Shown here: piece after piece, positions 60,965-64,000 of the stretch
Position numbering within the stretch: position 1 is the first letter of the stretch
How the letters are laid out: the number at the start of each line of letters is the position of its first letter
Position numbers and translations under genes: made by a program
The notes under the pieces: generated by a model
Seen by the model: only the letters and a program-made list of their open reading frames with translations
Told to the model about the DNA's origin: nothing
Databases searched by the model: none
Source of the DNA: Eledone cirrhosa
Taxonomy: Eukaryota
Length of the DNA stretch: 64,000 nucleotides
Assembly (NCBI GenBank): GCA_964016885.1
Contig: OZ024765.1
Span: 18,104,001-18,168,000, forward strand
Direction of reading: 5' to 3'

Positions 60965-63207
60965 CATTATTTCGCCGAATTGTGAGATCACAGCTCCGAT
61001 ATTACGGATATTGGGTTAGAATAGATGAGGCCGAAATGCAGTTCCTCGAAAAGGTATTTTTCAGCACCTTTATCGATAGATTGTGTAGCTCAGAGACCAG
61101 AGGTAGAGCTGCTATTTCTCCGTATTGCGAGATCACAGCTCCGATATTACGGATATTGGGTTAGAATAGATGAGGCCGAAATGCAGTTCCTCGAAAAGGT
61201 ATTTTTCAGCACCTTTATCGATAGATTGTGTAGCTCAGAGACCAGAGGTAGAGCTGCTATTTCTCCGTATTGCGAAATCACAGCTCCGATCTTACGGATA
61301 TTGGGTTAGAATAGATGAGGCCGAAATGCAGTTCCTCGAAAAGGTATTTTTCAGCACCTTTATCGATAGATTGTGTAGCTCAGAGACCAGAGGTAGAGCT
61401 GCTATTTCTCCGTATTGCGAGATCACAGCTCCGATCTTACGGATATTGAGTTAGAATAGATGGGGCTGAAATGGAGTTCCTCGAAAAGGTATTTTTCAGC
61501 ACCTTTATCGATAGATTGTGTAGCTCAGAGACCAGAGGTAGAGCTGCTATTTCTCCGTATTGCGAAATCACAGCTCCGATCTTACGGATATTGGGTTAGA
61601 ATAGATGGGGCTGAAATGGAGTTCCTCGAAAAGGTATTTGGATCACCTTTATCGATAGATTGTGTAGCTCAGAGACCAGAGGTAGAGCTGCTATTTCTCC
61701 GTATTGCGAGATCATAGCTCCGATATTACGGATATTGGGTTAGAATAGATGAGGCCGAAATGGAGTTCCTCGAAAAGGTATTTTTCAGCACCTTTATCGA
61801 TAGATTGTGTAGCTCAGAGACCAGAGGTAGAGCTGCTATTTCTCCGTATTGCGAGATCACAGCACCGATATTACGGATATTGGGTTAGAATAGATGAGGC
61901 CGAAATGGAGTTCCTCGAAAAGGTATTTGGATCACCTTTATCGATAGATTGTGTAGCTCAGAGACCAGAGGTAGAGCTGCTATTTCTCCGTATTGCGAGA
62001 TCACAGCTCCGATATTACGGATATTGGGTTAGAATAGATGAGGCCGAAATGGAGTTCCTCGAAAAGGTATTTTTCAGCACCTTTATCGATAGATTGTGTA
62101 GCTCAGAGACCAGAGGTAGAGCTGCTATTTCTCCGTATTGCGAGATCACAGCACCGATATTACGGATATTGGGTTAGAATAGATGAGGCCGAAATGGAGT
62201 TCCTCGAAAAGGTATTTTTCAGCACCTTTATCGATAGATTGTGTAGCTCAGAGACCAGAGGTAGAGCTGCTATTTCTCCGTATTGCGAGATCACAGCTCC
62301 GATATTACGGATATTGGGTTAGAATAGATGAGGCCGAAATGGAGTTCCTCGAAAAGGTATTTGGATCACCTTTATCGATAGATTGTGTAGCTCAGAGACC
62401 AGAGGTAGAGCTGCTATTTCTCCGTATTGCGAGATCACAGCTCCGATATTACGGATATTGGGTTAGAATAGATGAGGCCGAAATGGAGTTCCTCGAAAAG
62501 GTATTTGGATCACCTTTATCGATAGATTGTGTAGCTCAGAGACCAGAGGTAGAGCTGCTATTTCTCCGTATTGCGAGATCACAGCTCCGATCTTACGGAT
62601 ATTGAGTTAGAATAGATGGGGCTGAAATTGGCCTCTTTCGGAAGTACCCATATTGATAGATTGCGTAGCTCAGAGACCAGAGTTAGAGCTGCTACTTCTC
62701 TGTATTGTAAAATCACAGCTCCGATATTAAGGATATGGGGTTAGAATAGATGAGGGCAAAAAGGGCTCCACCGAAGGGTATTTGGAGTACTCTTATTTAT
62801 AGATTGCGTAGATCAGAGACCAGTGTTAGAGCTGCTACTGCTCCGTATTGTAAGATCCCAGCTCCGATATTATGGATATGGGGCCGAAATGGGGCTCCTC
62901 CGAAATGTATTTGGAGTACCTACATCAATAGATTGCGTAGCTCAGAGCCCAGAGGTTCGGCTGCTACTTCTCCGAATCGTGTGATCACAGCTCCAATATT
63001 ACAGATATGGGGCTAGAATAGATGGGGCCGAAATGAGGTTCCTCCGAAGGGGATTTGGGGCAACGTTTATCGAGTGAGTGTGTAACTGGGAGACCAGAGA
63101 GTCGATTAAGGAAGCGGCGCTATTTCTACGAATGAGAAACCACAGCTCCAATATTACGGACATTTGGTTAGAATGTCTCAGGGAAAAAAATCACTGGACC
63201 GATTTTA
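60965..63207 (+). repeat. 144/145-bp satellite, ~15 units
   Basis: gagatcacagctccgatattacggatattgggttagaatagatgaggccgaaat... with two alternating variants; diverges after ~62600. Confidence 0.95.
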
Positions 63208-63467
63208 CGGACAAAAAAACAACCGGCAGCGGGTGGAGACCCATGTGTAGACCCACCTAGAGAAAAATCATTGGATAACATCCACGAGCTTCGCTGTTCT
63301 CACTTGGGGATCCAGTCGGATCAATTGAAGACAGTTCCTTCTTACGGGACCGTCTAGAAGGATCTTTTAAAGACTCTGGCCCCATCCCTACCGACTCTCT
63401 CAGAAACATGTGGCCGAAGAAGAAGAAAAATAAAAAAATTAAAATAAATAAAAAGAAGCAAATGAAA

Positions 63468-63811
63468 ACTACTGCTACTACTACTACTACTACTACTACT
63501 ATTGCTACTACTACTACTACTACAACTTCTGCTACTACTACTACTACTACTACTACAACTTCTGCTACTACTACTACTACTACTACTACAACTTCTGCTA
63601 CTACTACACTACTACTACAACTTCTGCTACTACTACTACTACTACTACTACTATTGCTACTACTACTACTACTACAACTTCTGCTACTGCTACTACTACT
63701 ACAACTTCTGCTACTACTACTACTACTACTACTACTACAACTTCTGCTACTACTACTACTACTACTACTACAACTTCTGCTACTACTACACTACTACTAC
63801 TACTACTACTG

Positions 63812-63847
<36 letters not shown>

Positions 63848-64000
63848 TTGCTACTACTACTACTACTACAACTTCTGCTACTACTACTACTACTACTACA
63901 ACTTCTGCTACTACTACTACTACTACTACAACTTCTGCTACTACTACACTACTACTACTACTACTGCTACTACTACTACTACTACTACAACTTCTGCTAC
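63468..64000. repeat. (CTA)n-based compound repeat running off the window
   Basis: ctactactactacaacttctg units. Confidence 0.92.

Noticed and set aside
60965-63207. 145-bp array as CRISPR, 5S rDNA or a tRNA cluster
   Set aside because: No unique spacers and no cas genes in a eukaryotic context; no recognisable 5S sequence or cloverleaf.
63468-64000. Telomeric repeat at the window end
   Set aside because: The unit is CTA-based, not TTAGGG/CCCTAA.

Overview
Gene-poor, very AT-rich animal genomic DNA, probably octopus or another cephalopod (inferred from the SINE repertoire and the (TA)n load). It consists almost entirely of microsatellites, large tandem arrays and retroelement debris, and no intact host gene can be supported. 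The arrays are a 9.3-kb 27-bp array, a 5.3-kb GGT/GTT low-complexity tract, a 6.4-kb 33-bp array, and related ~122-bp and ~145-bp satellites. Mobile DNA includes three tRNA-derived SINE families, 3' fragments of Tx1-like LINEs (one subfamily in (ATCT)n, another in (ATT)n), CRE-like RLE retrotransposon fragments, and a 5'-truncated U6 snRNA copy. The most striking signal is a dense population of short Penelope-like-element (PLE) derivatives from at least 7 sequence families, inserted in (TA)n. About 18 minimal type-I hammerhead ribozyme motifs are visible (about 11 with intact cores). Many copies are fold-back palindromes, several have a small tandem duplication at the fold-back apex, and three inversion junctions fall at the ribozyme CUGA core. 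One family is tied directly to a GIY-YIG PLE ORF (45599-46455). Family names and clade calls come from motif recognition by eye; no database searches or folding programs were run.
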